A DNA stretch of 64,000 nt, taken from contig NW_026782004.1 in NCBI RefSeq assembly GCF_031769215.1, positions 186,001 to 250,000 of the forward strand. Reading direction: 5' to 3'. Numbering within the stretch: the stretch's first letter is position 1; the number at the start of each line of letters is the position of its first letter. The translations under genes and the position numbers were made by a program. Of the stretch, positions 35,631 through 49,710 are shown in pieces. The notes beneath the pieces are model-generated. The model saw only the letters and a program-made list of their open reading frames with translations, had not been told where the DNA came from and did no database searches. The DNA comes from Ylistrum balloti. Its lineage: Eukaryota.

Positions 35631-37029
35631 AAATACAAACAATTTAATAAAATAACGAATACACACTACTACATGTATCAAAACCGTGTTCTAAAGAAAA
35701 AATGTTCATGTCTACTACAAGTGATTAACTAAGTTTCCATAACTTGTAATCAATAAGAAATAACGAGTATACCTAGATAAGACTTTGTACAACGTATGAC
35801 ACTGATTAAGACTGACGTTGTATGACTATTTGCAATGACCGGTCTAACCAAAGCAAATTTGACAGTGAAAAGGGAATCTCATCTAGTAACACAAATGAAT
35901 TAAAATGACAAATCATAAAAACTACATTGTTCAACGGAAAATTATTGAGAATTTAAGTGCCACGGATTTACAAATTACTTTCTGAGATATAGGGTGATAC
36001 TTCAGTTGTGAAAAGCACAAACACGCTTTTTGTTTTTAAAAAATCTAAGTAAACAGAAAATGTTTGTCTCAAAAGGTAGCGAGATTAATTTGAAAATTGA
36101 GATCTATACTAATTTAACAGCAACGCTAATCAACTATAGTTGATACAGTATTTCGATTCAAAATATTCCATGGTACAATCATCATACAGAAAATATCAAT
36201 TCATACGTTATGATTAGCACATGTCAAGACAATTATAATAATTAGATATCAAAATAGATACAAACATGGATTTTCTAGCATTTAAAACAAACAGGAAAAG
36301 TAGAAAAACAGTCTTAAATCCCTCGATTATACGTTTCTGATTTTACCTGACATAGTTGACTTTCTTTGTTAAAAGAAGATTTGATTATGTTTGCTTCTAG
36401 TATCGCATTTAGTGCATTGTATATCATTACATTGGACCTGCAAAAAGCTCATGGACTTGCTGCTTGAAAATTAAGAACATGGACTGATGTTGCAACAATC
36501 TAATGGATTACATAAAAGAATTGACTTATTGACTGCTATTTATAAATATAAGTCATAATCTGAATGAGAAAAAGAATGAATTTTAGATTTTCTCTGTACT
36601 ATGTAGTTGCATTAAATAGAAGCATTGCAACAGTAGAGAGAAAAAGATATCTTTTTAAAAAATGTAGTGGTGAATCAATTTCTTGTCATTTTCTTTCTTT
36701 TCTTTAGCGTAATGGATAGCTTTAAGATATAGTTAACTGTAGATGTTGTAGATCCCTTTCAATGGTCAAGAGTTTTCAGTTGTCAATCTTCAAATTTTAA
36801 TTGCTACAGTCATAATCAATTGTTCTGATGTATTTTCAAATTCTAGATCTTCTCGCAGCTTTATTTGTTTTAACCAAATCCGGGGTGGCAGATGATTTCT
36901 GCGTATTACTGTAGTAATGTGTGAGATCTTATAGGAAATAGAATAGGAAGATGAGAATTTGGCCCAGGATAGAGATGGCCATAGTTCACAACTTGCTATG
37001 TAAACCACAGGAGTTCTCAGGTTTTACAG

Positions 37030-40000
37030 ACGCGTCCTTCAAAATAACTGACTGTGTTTAATGGTGAATGTTCCCTGTCCAACAGAATAATAAGATCGGC
37101 TGTACATTCACGGAAAACTGTGCCATGATGTCTCTTCGGATGAAGTTACAGAGACAACACCCAGTTCCTCACAAGGAGACATCAGACGGCAGTCCTACCG
37201 TGATGCTTTTGATCGGACACCGACTTCCGGCCAACGCTATTCCATGTGGAGATGTCGATTCAAATGTACAGCTACGCAGTCTCGTAGATAGGGGTTGTCA
37301 GGGGTAATAATTAATGACAGTAGTAAGTCTGATTTGGCAGAACAAGCTGTTACAAATTCTGATATTAAGATTGTTTCCTTAAATGTGAATGGTGATTTAG
37401 AAAACAAATTAAAATTTGTAGGATTCCAAAATTTTATTTTTAAATATGATACAAAATTTTTATCTGCGTGTTGGATTCCAAATGACTACACGTGGGAGTT
37501 GAACGATTTTCATCCCATGATTGTACAACGAAAATGAACACGCTGTACACAAGGTGGTGGGTCAGTGTTATTAATGAGCAATGATATTCTTTTTTGAATG
37601 ATACCATCATACCAGTTACTATTGACAACCGTTTAACTAGTCATACGAATAAACTAATATTTTTATTCACATATCTTTCACCCAATTCATCTCGTTATTA
37701 TAAACATTATAACTGTGATTTTTTTTCAATTCTGGAAAATGATCTAATAGAATATTCTGAATTCAGGAATATAATAGTCTTAGATAATTTAAATAGTCGT
37801 ACACGTACTTCTGAAGATTTTATTTCCTTTGATATTTTACATGTATGAATAAAATCGCACGTTGAATCTATTTCAATTATTTTGGTGATACTGATGAAGA
37901 AATGCTTCTGTCAGTTAGAAAAAAACACGGTCCAGGAGGTAACGATTTTGGTACTAGGTTATCAAACTTTTATTAATCCACTGTTCTACCGATACTGAAT
38001 GGTGGGGATTTAGACGATCTCTCTGGTGATTTACTTTTCATGGTGCAAATTGTATGAGTGTTATTGATTATGTATTATTGCCATTTAGTCTGTTGATATG
38101 GTTAAAAGGTTCATGGTTTGTAAATTTGTTGAATTATCTGATCATGCTCCTTTGCACATTGAAAAATGCTGTGATGCCCTCGCGAAGGTTTGAAGTCGAT
38201 GGTGATGAACTTTATGATCGACCTGTGTTAAAATGGAACGCAGAGTATCAGCACTATTTTACAGGATATGTTAGTCTTAACTTAGATTTTTTCCCTTAAA
38301 AAAGTCAGTTTTAATCCACAATGATGAAAATCAAGATTCTGTATCACATGTATATACATGTGTTAGTAATTTTTACTGATGTTCTACTTGGTATTATGTG
38401 ACCATTCTTTCAAAGAAGACTGTCCAATAATACCATGAAAAAAACCCTTTGAACCTTATTTCTAATACTTTTTCTGGTTCCGATGATATACCCTGGTTTG
38501 ATGATCATTTGAAATCTCAGCGTAAGCAATACTTAGTTGTTTTAAATAGTTTCGATGTTAACAAATGTCACTCGATGCATGCTGTTCTCATAAGTAAGAA
38601 AAAGGAGTATCAAATAATGGAAAGGAAGTTAAAACGACAATACCTTGGTGTCGAAGGTGATATGTTGGAATATTCGAGTAAATATGATCAAAGGTTCTTT
38701 TATAAACAAAAACATTGGGAAGAAGAAAGCGGCCCCGCCTTTTTAAAACTACAGTCAACGATATAGTCACTTTAAAAGTTTGTCTTTGTTCACAAAATAC
38801 TGATTAAGTTTTTCATGACGACATTAGTATAGTGACAATAATACTGTGTTTGAAGAATTAGATGCCCATATTTCTTTACAGGAAATTAATAGCGCTATAC
38901 GAAGATTGAATTGTGGTAAATCACCTGGACCTAATGGCATATTAAATGAATGTTTCAAAATTTGCTTCTTCCCACCCTATCCACATTATTAAAAAATATA
39001 CTCGAATCTGGTTTCTTTTCTTCTAATTGGTCATCAGCCATTATTATTTCTGTGCATAAGAAAGACGATCGTAATGGCCCTAATAATTTTAGAGGTATCA
39101 GCTTAATTAGCTGTCTTTTTAAACTTTTCACATCTGTATCAAATAAACGCATTTTAGATGTATGCATGAAGTGTTACATTTTAAGAGATGCACAATTTGT
39201 GTTTCGCCCTGAAGTTAGTACGATTGATGCTATTTTTTCATTACACTCTGTAATAACTAAATAGAATGCGAAGGAAAATATTATCACCTATATTGTTCTC
39301 ACTTTTTCTTAATGATTGAGAAATTTCATTTATTGCAAATGGAGCAACTGATTACGGTGTTGGTGAATTAAGTCATTTCTTTTAACGTATGCTGATGATT
39401 TAGTAATGTTTTCCGAATCCATGGAAGGTTTGTAGAGTCTTCTAGATAGTCTTCATAATTATTCCACAGCATGGAAACTGACAGTTGTTACAGAGAAAAT
39501 CTAGAAATGGAGGTCGTAGACATGATCGAGAATCATGGACTTATAGTGGTATAAATGGACGTTGATGACTTTTTGTCCTATCTGGTAGTGAAGCTTAAAT
39601 ACAATAATAAATTCAATCAGATACAACAACAGTTATCTTACCAGGGACGTAAAGCCATGTTTGCATTTTTATCAACTTGTTCTAACTTAAGTCTAAATTG
39701 CGAAACCTTGTTACATTTATTTTGTATAAACTTTTGTAGTATATTGCATTAAGGGTGTGAAGTTTGGAGTTCTTTAAAGGGTATTGATATAGAAAAGGTT
39801 CATCTATTGGTTTGTAAGAAGATTTTAAATCTTAAGAGGTCGACATGTAATGCAATGGTTTATTTTGAATTAGGTCGATATCCATTAGAATACATAAGAA
39901 AGTACAGAATGATCTAATACTGGTTAAAACTAATGTATTCGAAAAACTATTTTAAATACTGCGTATTCCTTTTTAAGTAGTAGTAATATAGGTAATCATG

Positions 40001-40700
40001 TTAAACATTGTCTTTTTCCTCTCGGCTTCGAGTAAAAATAAAAGTATCTTGTATTTGATAAAGCTAACAGTTTTTGACCAAAGTCAGCAACATTTGAGAG
40101 GATTACTGGAGTCCTCATCTAAATGTACTTTATATAAGAACATTGCAAATAATTTTACTCTACAATATTATTTGACGAAGTTTATTTCTATAAAAATATC
40201 AAATTTGTTTATCTAAACTGGTCATTGAACCTGGCAGATATAGTAACACACCGAAAATGCAAAGACTTTGTCCGAGTTGTAATTTAGACACAGCAGATGA
40301 ATATCATTTTATTTTGGTATGTAGAAATTACCGAAATGTAAGCATGAAATATATAAATCTATTTTATTAGTGAATTCCTTCCATGTATAAACTTTTACAA
40401 TTGCTTAGTGTTAATGATTATAAACGATCTTGTAAACTAGCTGGATATATATTTGAGGCCAATAAAGTACGGCCACAATTAATGATTATAATAGCTCATA
40501 ACTATATTAGCTAGTCCGTGTGTAAATTATCAGAATATGACGAATATATATTGTAGTAATTTCTTGTTATATCAATAACACTGTTGTTGTCGATGTATAC
40601 ATTAGCCGACTTTGATGATGCATGCACGACCACTCTTGAATGCATGTTATGTAAAATCATTTGTAAAAATCTTATGTATCCAATAAATTGTAAAACCTTA
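37030..40700 (+). mobile_element. Decayed non-LTR retrotransposon (CR1/L2 group), ORF2 with many stops and frameshifts
   Basis: APE endonuclease remnants (KIVSLNVNG, YLSP, DNLNSRT, ILNG, SVIDYVL), RT remnants (GKSPGPNGI, HKKDDRN.PNNFRGISL, AQF.FRP..STIDAIFSL, LSPILFSLFLND, YADD), and a C-terminal CP.CN..DEYHFILVC motif. Confidence 0.9.
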
Positions 40701-40729
40701 GGGAATAAAATTAAATCATAGTGAATTTA

Positions 40730-41300
40730 AGTCTGACACAGGGTAAAAAACGGTATAAGGTTTGTGAGAGGAAATTGGAACATGAGTATTTAAGAACAGA
40801 AGGGAACATGCTAAATTTGTTAGAACGTAAGCATCCTGAATAATTTTATCGTATTTTTCCTAAGTGTAAGACATGTAAGACAGGGGATATATCATTAGAG
40901 GATTTCTTCAATTATTGTAAAGGTTTAGCAGGTGAGGCCAATGGCGTTGATATTTTGGAAGACAAAAACACTGACTGTCTTTTTCCTGAATTGGATGTAA
41001 ATTTTTACATAGATGAATTATTAGAAATAATTAAGGGTTTATCTGATGGTAAACCTGCTGTTATTAATTGCATACATAACGAATACTTTATTGAGTGCAG
41101 AGATATTTTTTCACGTGTTTTATTAAGGTTCTTTAATACTATGTTACAAACAGGATATTTTCCAGAGTTAAGGGCTCAGGGCGTTATCATTCCTTTATAT
41201 AAAAAGCACGATAGAAACAACGTCAATAATTATCGGAGAATTACATTAATTAGTAGTAAAAACTTTGGAGAAGTTGTAGTAGGAGTAGACTTCTTACTGT
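40730..41300 (+). mobile_element. Second, truncated LINE ORF2 fragment (EN-RT linker and RT start) of a related but distinct family
   Basis: ELD..F.IDEL..IIKGL..GK...I.NEYF...FFN.MLQTGYFP...QGVIIPLYKK.D.NNVNNYR.ITLIS. It is homologous to, but not identical with, 38860-39130. Confidence 0.85.
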
Positions 41301-41827
41301 AATTAAATCAATTTTTGATAATGTACGTTCATTAAAAATAGCCATAATGAATTACTGGTTAACAAAGCCCATTATTTTTAAGTTAAAAAAAAATTATTGA
41401 GTCAATTTCGCATACAAGGACACAATCTTAACATAGAATCTGGGCGCTATAATAACATCACAAGACGGCAGAGAGCATGTACGCTGTAATAAAAATGACG
41501 TCGAAGATGAGGTACATTTGTATTACTTTGTCCAACATATTCTGATTTAAGTGAAACGTACAGAACTATTATAGACGTTCAAGTATTCATAAACTAGTAG
41601 AATTATTTACCTATAAAGGTGTTAGATCCTTAATCAAATTGGGTAAATATCTGTTGTATACTACCGCTAAAAATAAAAAATATCCTCTCTGAGTAAGCAT
41701 TATATTGGAATATCATTTGAAAGATTAATTAAGTTGTACGTATGAATGTGTAATAACAGTTATTTGATATCTGTCAATGACTCGGTAAATAGTACTTTAT
41801 TGATATGTCACGGTCCTTTTTATTATT

Positions 41828-42068
41828 NNNNNNNNNNNNNNNNNNNNNNNNNNNNNNNNNNNNNNNNNNNNNNNNNNNNNNNNNNNNNNNNNNNNNNNNN
41901 NNNNNNNNNNNNNNNNNNNNNNNNNNNNNNNNNNNNNNNNNNNNNNNNNNNNNNNNNNNNNNNNNNNNNNNNNNNNNNNNNNNNNNNNNNNNNNNNNNNN
42001 NNNNNNNNNNNNNNNNNNNNNNNNNNNNNNNNNNNNNNNNNNNNNNNNNNNNNNNNNNNNNNNNNNNN
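41828..42068. other. Assembly gap (241 N)
   Basis: Run of N. Confidence 1.
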
Positions 42069-42142
42069 CACGCTATCATCATCATCAACATCATGAGATG
42101 ATATCATCTTCATCTCCTTTTTCATCATCATTATTTTATAAT

Positions 42143-42187
<45 letters not shown>

Positions 42188-42221
42188 TTATAATTTCATC
42201 ATCATCATCATCGTTTTAAAT

Positions 42222-42265
<44 letters not shown>
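42069..42265. repeat. (ATC)n microsatellite abutting the gap
   Basis: Visible interrupted CAT repeats. Confidence 0.95.
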
Positions 42266-45200
42266 AAAAAATGTGAAAGGGAGAAAAGGTAAAGGTATGA
42301 TAATGACGTCGACTTTTCTTTATGCTAAACAAACACATATATATACGTATACAATGTACTTGTACTTATATGCTGTATTGCATTTGGATTTAAGAAAACT
42401 TGAACTTGAATGCACTCATATAATGAGATGTGATGTTTTTATTCAACAGATATTGTTGAACTGAATTGTAATACTCAGATTTGTATAATAATAACTGAAG
42501 ATGGTCATTTTTATTTATGATTTAGAATATGAATACTTATGCTATCACGGATTTAAGTTCGAAATAAGGCCGATATGTACCGTACTTTCACGGACTAGTA
42601 GATGTGTAACATATATGTAGGCTACAATAGATACCTATATAACCAGGACTGTACGGGTCTCCCGAATAAGTACAGAAGGTCAATAACTATATTAGCCTAC
42701 AATAACCACTGTATAAGTCTATAGTCAAAATGCTTGCCCAATAAGTACCTCCCACAGGTAAAGAGACATTCTACCGGTAACCCGTAATTTAGAAACTGAC
42801 TTTAATCCCTTAAAATAACATACCCGATTATTGGTGTTGGCAAACTGGGAACACCCAGTACAGAGTAGAATTTGATAAAATCACTCAACCATGACTGGCC
42901 CCATTTTACCTGTGTGCTCTTGTGCCTACGACTCTATAAGCGCTAATGGGACGTAACCCATAATATCCATACAATTAGTTGCACAAGAACTGGCGAACAT
43001 TCGATTGCAATAAATTTTCCGAAGAAAAAAAATGTAATCAAGAAGTTAATCAATAATTTGACATGTGTTATTTATTGGTATTGATATTGACGTGATGTAA
43101 CTTAACGTTGATATATATTCATGGTAAATATATCTCGAGGAATAATTTCAACTATGCCCGTTCATAACTGTTCATCACTGACCACTAAATTGAATGGTCC
43201 ATTTACATTTATTTGATGATTACATAATACGTAAACATAACTTAACAGAATTTTAAACGGTCTACAGTATTTGCTGGCAATCGGCAGTCTCAGATTTAGC
43301 TGGGTCAAACTGCCAAGTTTTGGTATCTATGGAAACAGGTGTTTGGGAAGTAAACACAATGTTCTGTAATGCGATAACAAGTGTAAAGGCAAAACACATA
43401 TCACAGACTGCTGTCCACACAATGCTCATTACAATATCCTGTTTCGTCGGGATATGGTGTAAACAAGGCTTTAACTTACAACGCTATGAAATTAGGTAAA
43501 TAGGCCAAATATTCCCAATCTTGTATTATAAGCAGTGGATAGATGTACTAACACCCGTCTTCGTATGACTTTGGAGGATGAACTTTCCCCTCTTCTTAGT
43601 TTCCCAAATTAAGCGGGAATAACAAAACCATAAAAAATCTCAATATTTGTTTTCCCGCCTTATTCGCTTATTAGGTAATCTTACACCTGGTATGTCCTCG
43701 TTTGGTTTCCCAACCGTCTAATTGATGATTGCTTCACATATTACATTTGTGTCTGTGAAATATAAAGATGATATTTAATGGTTTATCGTTTGATATCATA
43801 AATATTTCACAAGTATAACAGAGTATCTGTATTTTTCACGAATGGAAAGCACGAGTGATTTTTCACTTGCCAAATTGTAATACTTCTATCATCAGTACAG
43901 TGATAACATAAGGAATCTGATATAGCAACTGGTGATTATATAAATATTCTGGTTGGGAACCCTTCATCTTGATATTTTGGCACCATCATGTACATGAAAT
44001 TTTTGCAACGATTTTGCAGACAAAAATGACAAAACTTAATCTGTGATCTATCAAATCAAATTTTACAACTAAAGGTTATTTTTAGATACTTTATAACAAA
44101 AAGGGTAAAAGGTATATTCTTCACAGGTATGTGAATTTATGGTTGTTTTGTACCATTTTAGAACTTTTTCTGTTGACATTTAAAATTATTGTCAGGCTCA
44201 AAATATCTTTCTAAGGTTTGGACATGCGAGGTTTTCGTTCTTTAACAGCCAATATACAACAACGAAGGACACATATGTAGGTTGTTTTGGGTGCCATTGA
44301 TCTGCGTTAAAATCAACAATTGGGGTTTTAGAGAGGTTATGTTCCAATGTTGTTGTCAAATAACCATCAGTTATTACTGATGTTATACTATATCAACATG
44401 TATCTCAAGAACATGTCGGTTGTTGAAAAGAGGAAGTAGAAAAAGTAGACATGACGGTTGGTGACTGTTTACTCAAAATTAATTTTCCGGGATATAATCC
44501 AAATGGTTTATGCCATATAAACTAATGTAGTCAGTATTCAGATGAACAAACATCTGTTTTCAAAATAATGAATCAAATAACAAAACTGAAAAATCATAAA
44601 ATAAATTTATTATTTGACAAAAATACTTTTTCAATAATCTTTAAATAGGGTGAAACGTTTACAGAAGTGTTATTGGGGTACCGTAATGCACTCTGGGAGA
44701 AAATGTTGCGCTCGTGGATTTACGAAGCGAAGTAATAAAAAGAAATATCATATATAATTCACTCCTATGACATGACATATTTATGTTATCAAGTCGTCGC
44801 ATGAATGGTAAGTATGGATAAATTCGGTATTATAATATTAAACGGGATAGCATTAAATATCCGATAGATATTTCCCCTTGGTGTCCTTACATGTTACAAT
44901 GTATAGTAATAAGAGAAGGGAATGTTGTGAAGCACATCTGGACTCGTATTATTTTTTATCGTCGTGACCAGATCTGTAGATACATATCCTATTTCAAGGA
45001 CGTGGCCTGAAATCTCACACTTAATACAATGCCACGAAATACCTACATAAGTGGCTCCTATGGACACCGTGTTACTTCTCACACTCAGATGCCAACCTTA
45101 TTTTAAGTACGAGAAAAAACGTAATATTAGTGGTAAATATCAGTAAATGTCCAATATCAGACAACCAATCGATGATACTGTAGTATTTTCAGGCTGGCGT

Positions 45201-45439
45201 CAGTATAAATCTATTGTCAATAGTCGGTCAAGTGTTTTTGGGTTAATGCAATATGAAATCACTGTCTACGTTTAGTAGATCGTGTACATGCTTTATATGA
45301 CCTTGTATGTCATTGTAACTCCGTTTCATTCCTTCCCGGAACTATTGTACCTCCATGTTTATGTTTTTTTTTCTGTTCTCTCATGTTCCTGCACTATTGG
45401 ACGACCTTGAACGCGTTTTATGTCCATGCGTGCTACTAT

Positions 45440-46270
45440 TGTACGCCCCTGTTAGTGTTTTCTGTCCTTGTAACCATAGGAAGTTACTGTCGCTGCACGT
45501 CTCCGTAACCATGACACGTCACTGTAGGTATGTTTTCTGTCTTGAACGTCCCTGTAACCAGAAGATACGAAACCGTACTTATGTTTTCTGTCCTGAACGT
45601 CCCTGAAACCATGATACGTCACTGTATGTATGTTTTCCGTCCACAACCTTCCTGTAACCATGATACGTCACTATACGTATGTTTTCTGTCCTGAACCTTC
45701 CTGTAACCATGATACGTCACTGTATGTATGTTTTCCGTCCACAACCTTCCTGTAACCATGATACGTCACTATACGTATATTTTCTGTCCTGAACGTCCCT
45801 GTAACCATGATACATCACTGTATGTATGTTTTCTGTTCTGAACCTTCCTGTAACTATCAAACATCACTGTACGCATGTTTTCTGTCCTGAACGTCCCTGT
45901 AACCATGATACATCACTATATATATGTTTTCTGTCCTGAACGTCCCTGTAACCATGATACATCACTGTATATATGAACGTCCTTGTAACCATGTTACGTC
46001 AATGTATATATACATCCCATGTAACCATGATACGTCACTGTATATATGTTTTCTGTCCTGAACGTCCTTGTAACCATGTTACGTCAATGTATATATGTTT
46101 TCTGTCCTGAACGTCCTTTTAACTATGATACGTCACTGTATATATATGGTTTCTGTCCTGCACGTCCATGTAACCATGATACGTCACTGTATGTATATTT
46201 TCTGTCCTGAACGTCCCTGTAACCATGATACGTCATTGTACGTACGTTTTCTGTCCTGCACGTCCATGTA
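45440..46270. repeat. 49-bp minisatellite (TATGTTTTCTGTCCTGAACGTCCCTGTAACCATGATACGTCACTGTATG), ~16 units
   Basis: Anchor TGATACGTCA at 45612, 45661, 45710. Confidence 0.92.
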
Positions 46271-48021
46271 TATTTATATTTATTTCCAGTCCCAATACTT
46301 TTCTGTCACGAGGATAGTTTTAGTTTTGTACATTGTATTTAATCATTTTTTAGTAGTTTTTGGTGACGATGACGCTAATCTGCTTGTTGTATATCCTAAC
46401 ATATTATTAGTTTTTTTCCTCGTCCCTGTGACACTATTTCCCTATACGGTTATTACTGGTGCTCAGTTTGCATTTTCTCGAAAACGTTAGATTCGGTAGG
46501 TCTATAACTTACATCATGAATGGTTGTTACATACGTGGCCGTTTACATGTGACCTCAGCCAATTATTTATCATACACATTGCTGGCGCTGCATCCCGCCG
46601 GATGTATGATATCATATGCTTCACCTGCATGTGACGGTTTCGCAAGCACATGCTGAAGTCATGATGGTAATTTTAGGTAGCCAAAAATCTTTGAATAGTA
46701 ATGTTAATGAACGCCAGATATATTCTATTGAAGGCATTCCAGTATTTTAACGTGTCTTGTGCTATACCAGGATGCATTTATTGTTTACATTGTATATTCT
46801 GGCACAACCAGTTTCCGAAGCCGTATGATTTCCCCACGGAAGGCCCCCGGACAAATCTCGCTGAGGAATGAAACGGCGGACGAGAGTTTCACTGTCGTTA
46901 CTGTGAGCAGGGCTATCGTGCTGTCCCCAGGTAAATCTTCTGGACAATAGTTAATTCAGCATAGCATTTGGTCCGTGTAAACATTGACCAGTCCGGATTA
47001 TTTCTTCCACAGGAGGGGATGCATATACCACAACAGCTCGCCTTGATCTATGTTGATGATCGATCCTTTGATTGGGGTGTGAACGTAAGTTACTTCCCAC
47101 ACATGTATACACATACGTGCTGTATATGTAACATGTACACATTGTACACATTGATGTTATCATCCGAATATTTCATTAATCATGTTCCATATATACAGAT
47201 ATTCAGCGTGTTATCTTACAGTGTTCACCACGTGTTTACATTTATCGCAGACTGGGGCTCGAGTGGGGCTATTTTTTATAGTAAACAATGAGGTCAGTGG
47301 TTGAACATTTTATAGTTTGTGTTTGTACCAGATACATGCTTTATAAGGGGCTCCACAATGGCCGTTAAGACCCATGACACGTTATGAACATAGAAAACCT
47401 TGTAATAACCGATGTTTTCATGACATGAACGCAGGGAGTGGTGTGGTAAAGTTTCCCGCGGTTTTCTTATTAACAAAAAATGCTTTAAATTCCATTCGAG
47501 TTAAGTTGCACACCTTAATTCTGTTAACACATAAGTTTGAATAGGTAGCTTCCGAGATATTTTACAGCGGAGTAAATGTCCACATCATCTCTAAATTCAT
47601 ATGCTGACAAGGAATTCTGTACTGTTAGACCTGACTTTATTATTCCTTTTTGCAAGAGTGTATTTGTTTGTTTTATTAAATTTACCTGTTAGAAGAAGAA
47701 ACAACACATAGAAATCTTCAAATTTGCTAATAATCAAATTTGCCTCGAAGACAGAGCAGCTTAAAATATGTTGTTTCAAGGTATTAACTTTTAAAAGCAT
47801 GCCTACTGAAGTTTGAAGGCGAGTAAATCTCCCTGATGGAAGTTACACATACGCATGACGAGTCGTGAAAATAAATGTTCATAACTGGTATTGTAGAATA
47901 TGATATCAGTATGATATATATATATATAAACAGAAATAAGAGTAAAAATGAAAAATCTACGTTCAAATACAAATTCGTTACAAGTAAATCATAGGCGAAA
48001 TCATAGAAATTTGTATTTACA

Positions 48022-48840
48022 TTTTTAGGTCACCAGAGACAAAGTCTGAGGGTACCTATTGTGATCCAATTTTGTCCGGCGTCGTGCGTTGTGCCTCATG
48101 CCTCGTAAACTTTTAACTTTTGCGGCTTCTGGAAAACCCCTGATCCGATTTCATTAAAAATTTAGGAAAACCTTCCATGGCTACTAAAGGCGTACCAGAC
48201 TTGTAAATTATATGGTCCCCAACCCCGGGGACTTGAGGGGCGGGGCCAAAAAGGGTCAAATGGATTGAAAATTTAAAAAAAAAAACTTCTTCTTAAATCT
48301 CAGGTATGGTAGAATCAAGTTATTTTCGTTGATGGAAATGCTGTCAGATGCTTTACCAAAATAGTAAATTTAATGACCCCAGGGTCTCGCATTTCCCCCA
48401 GGTGAGTAAAATTTACTATAGTTTATATAGAATATTCACATTTTTTGAACATCATTTGCTGTTTTTTATTGGAAATAGTTCAAACCTGATTAGAATTATT
48501 AGTTTGAGATGACAGTTTGATGAGATGCACATAATGACTTTGACTAACATCCAGGGACTGATGGGCGGGGCCAAAAAATGTCAAATTGTCGAAATTTCAA
48601 AGATGCTCTACTGTACCTGAATGGGAGATTTCTCACAGAAAAATTCAAATCTTGAGTGTATTTTCTTTAATTGAAACTTGGTTAGAAGCCTAGCATAGGA
48701 CTGCAGTTAATGTATGCACAATTTACATTTGCATTATGTGTTCAACATAGTTAAAGTTATATTACATTTTAACAAAATTACTTCTGTTACTAGAAGCATT
48801 GTGACTCAAGTGACCGTTAAGGCCCTTGGGTCTTTTGTTT
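48022..48840 (-). mobile_element. HINE-like non-autonomous element sharing the 5' terminus of the 1283-3428 element but with a different core
   Basis: Minus-strand 5' end AACAAAAGACCCAAGGGCCTTAACGGTCAC. The other end has taggtcacc, a small agac-aaa-gtct hairpin and cgtcgtgcg microsatellite-like sequence. Internal ggggcggggccaaaa repeats. Confidence 0.65.
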
Positions 48841-49117
48841 TCTTTTACAACATGATTAACATAATTAACAACTTTATTTGTAAAATGAAATAGAACCGTC
48901 TTCTTCCATTTCTGTGACATTTTGTTAATGACACAGCTTATTCGTCAATACAAACTGTGTAGTAAATATGTTTGACTGTCTTTACAACATTGAAACAAAT
49001 ACCAAGTTCACATCAGTGTGCTATTAAGCCTCGATGTTAAATAACCCTGCCTACAGATGTTTGTATAAAATGAATTTACCTATAGAAATAGAACAGTGGC
49101 GGAATTTTCTTTTCTTT

Positions 49118-49710
49118 TTTTATTAGCCCACAATTATCATAGAGCTATTCCAACCGCTTTACGTCCGTGGTCCGTTGTCCGTCCGTGCGTAAACAATTTT
49201 TGTTATCGCTATATCTTGAGAAGTAAGAGATGGATCTGTCTCAAATTTCATATGTAGGTTCCCCTTGGCCTCTTGTTGTGCCCATGTAATTTTGGGACTG
49301 ATCAGAAAAACAAAAATGGCCGAAAGGCGGCCTTCTTTGATTTAATTTTTAAAGTTTGTTATCGCTATTCTTAAGAAGTACTCGATGGATCTCATTTAAA
49401 TTTCATGTGTAAGTCACTCTTTGTCCCAAGTTGTGCCAATTTAATTTTGGGACTGATCAGAAAAACAAAATGACCGACAGGTGGCCATATTGGATTTTGA
49501 CTTTGCAAGTTTGTGATCACTATTTCTTGAGGAGTACGCTATAGCTCTTTCACATATTTCATGTATAGGTTCCGTTAGGTCCCTAGTTGTGCCTGTGTGA
49601 GTTTGGGACTGATTAGAAAAACATAATGGTCGACAGGCAGCCATATTGGATTTTGCCGAGTAAAGATTGTTATTGCTATGGAATGTTCAAATGTCTTATC
49701 ATTAAGGGCC
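49118..49710. mobile_element. HINE-like element of another family with a (GTCC)n block and three ~160-bp internal repeats
   Basis: tttattagc...cgtccgtggtccgttgtccgtccgtgcgtaaac, followed by three copies of tgttatcgctat...ttttgggactgatcagaaaaacaaaatgg.cga. Confidence 0.65.

Noticed and set aside
41543-41568. TTCTG...GAAACGTA-CAGAA, hammerhead-like
   Set aside because: Lacks the CUGANGA core and stem II.
41746-42131. ORFs containing long X runs
   Set aside because: Artefacts of the N gap.
46860-46895. CTGAGGA followed by a hairpin, as a possible hammerhead
   Set aside because: No GAAA after the stem and no NUH/stem I.
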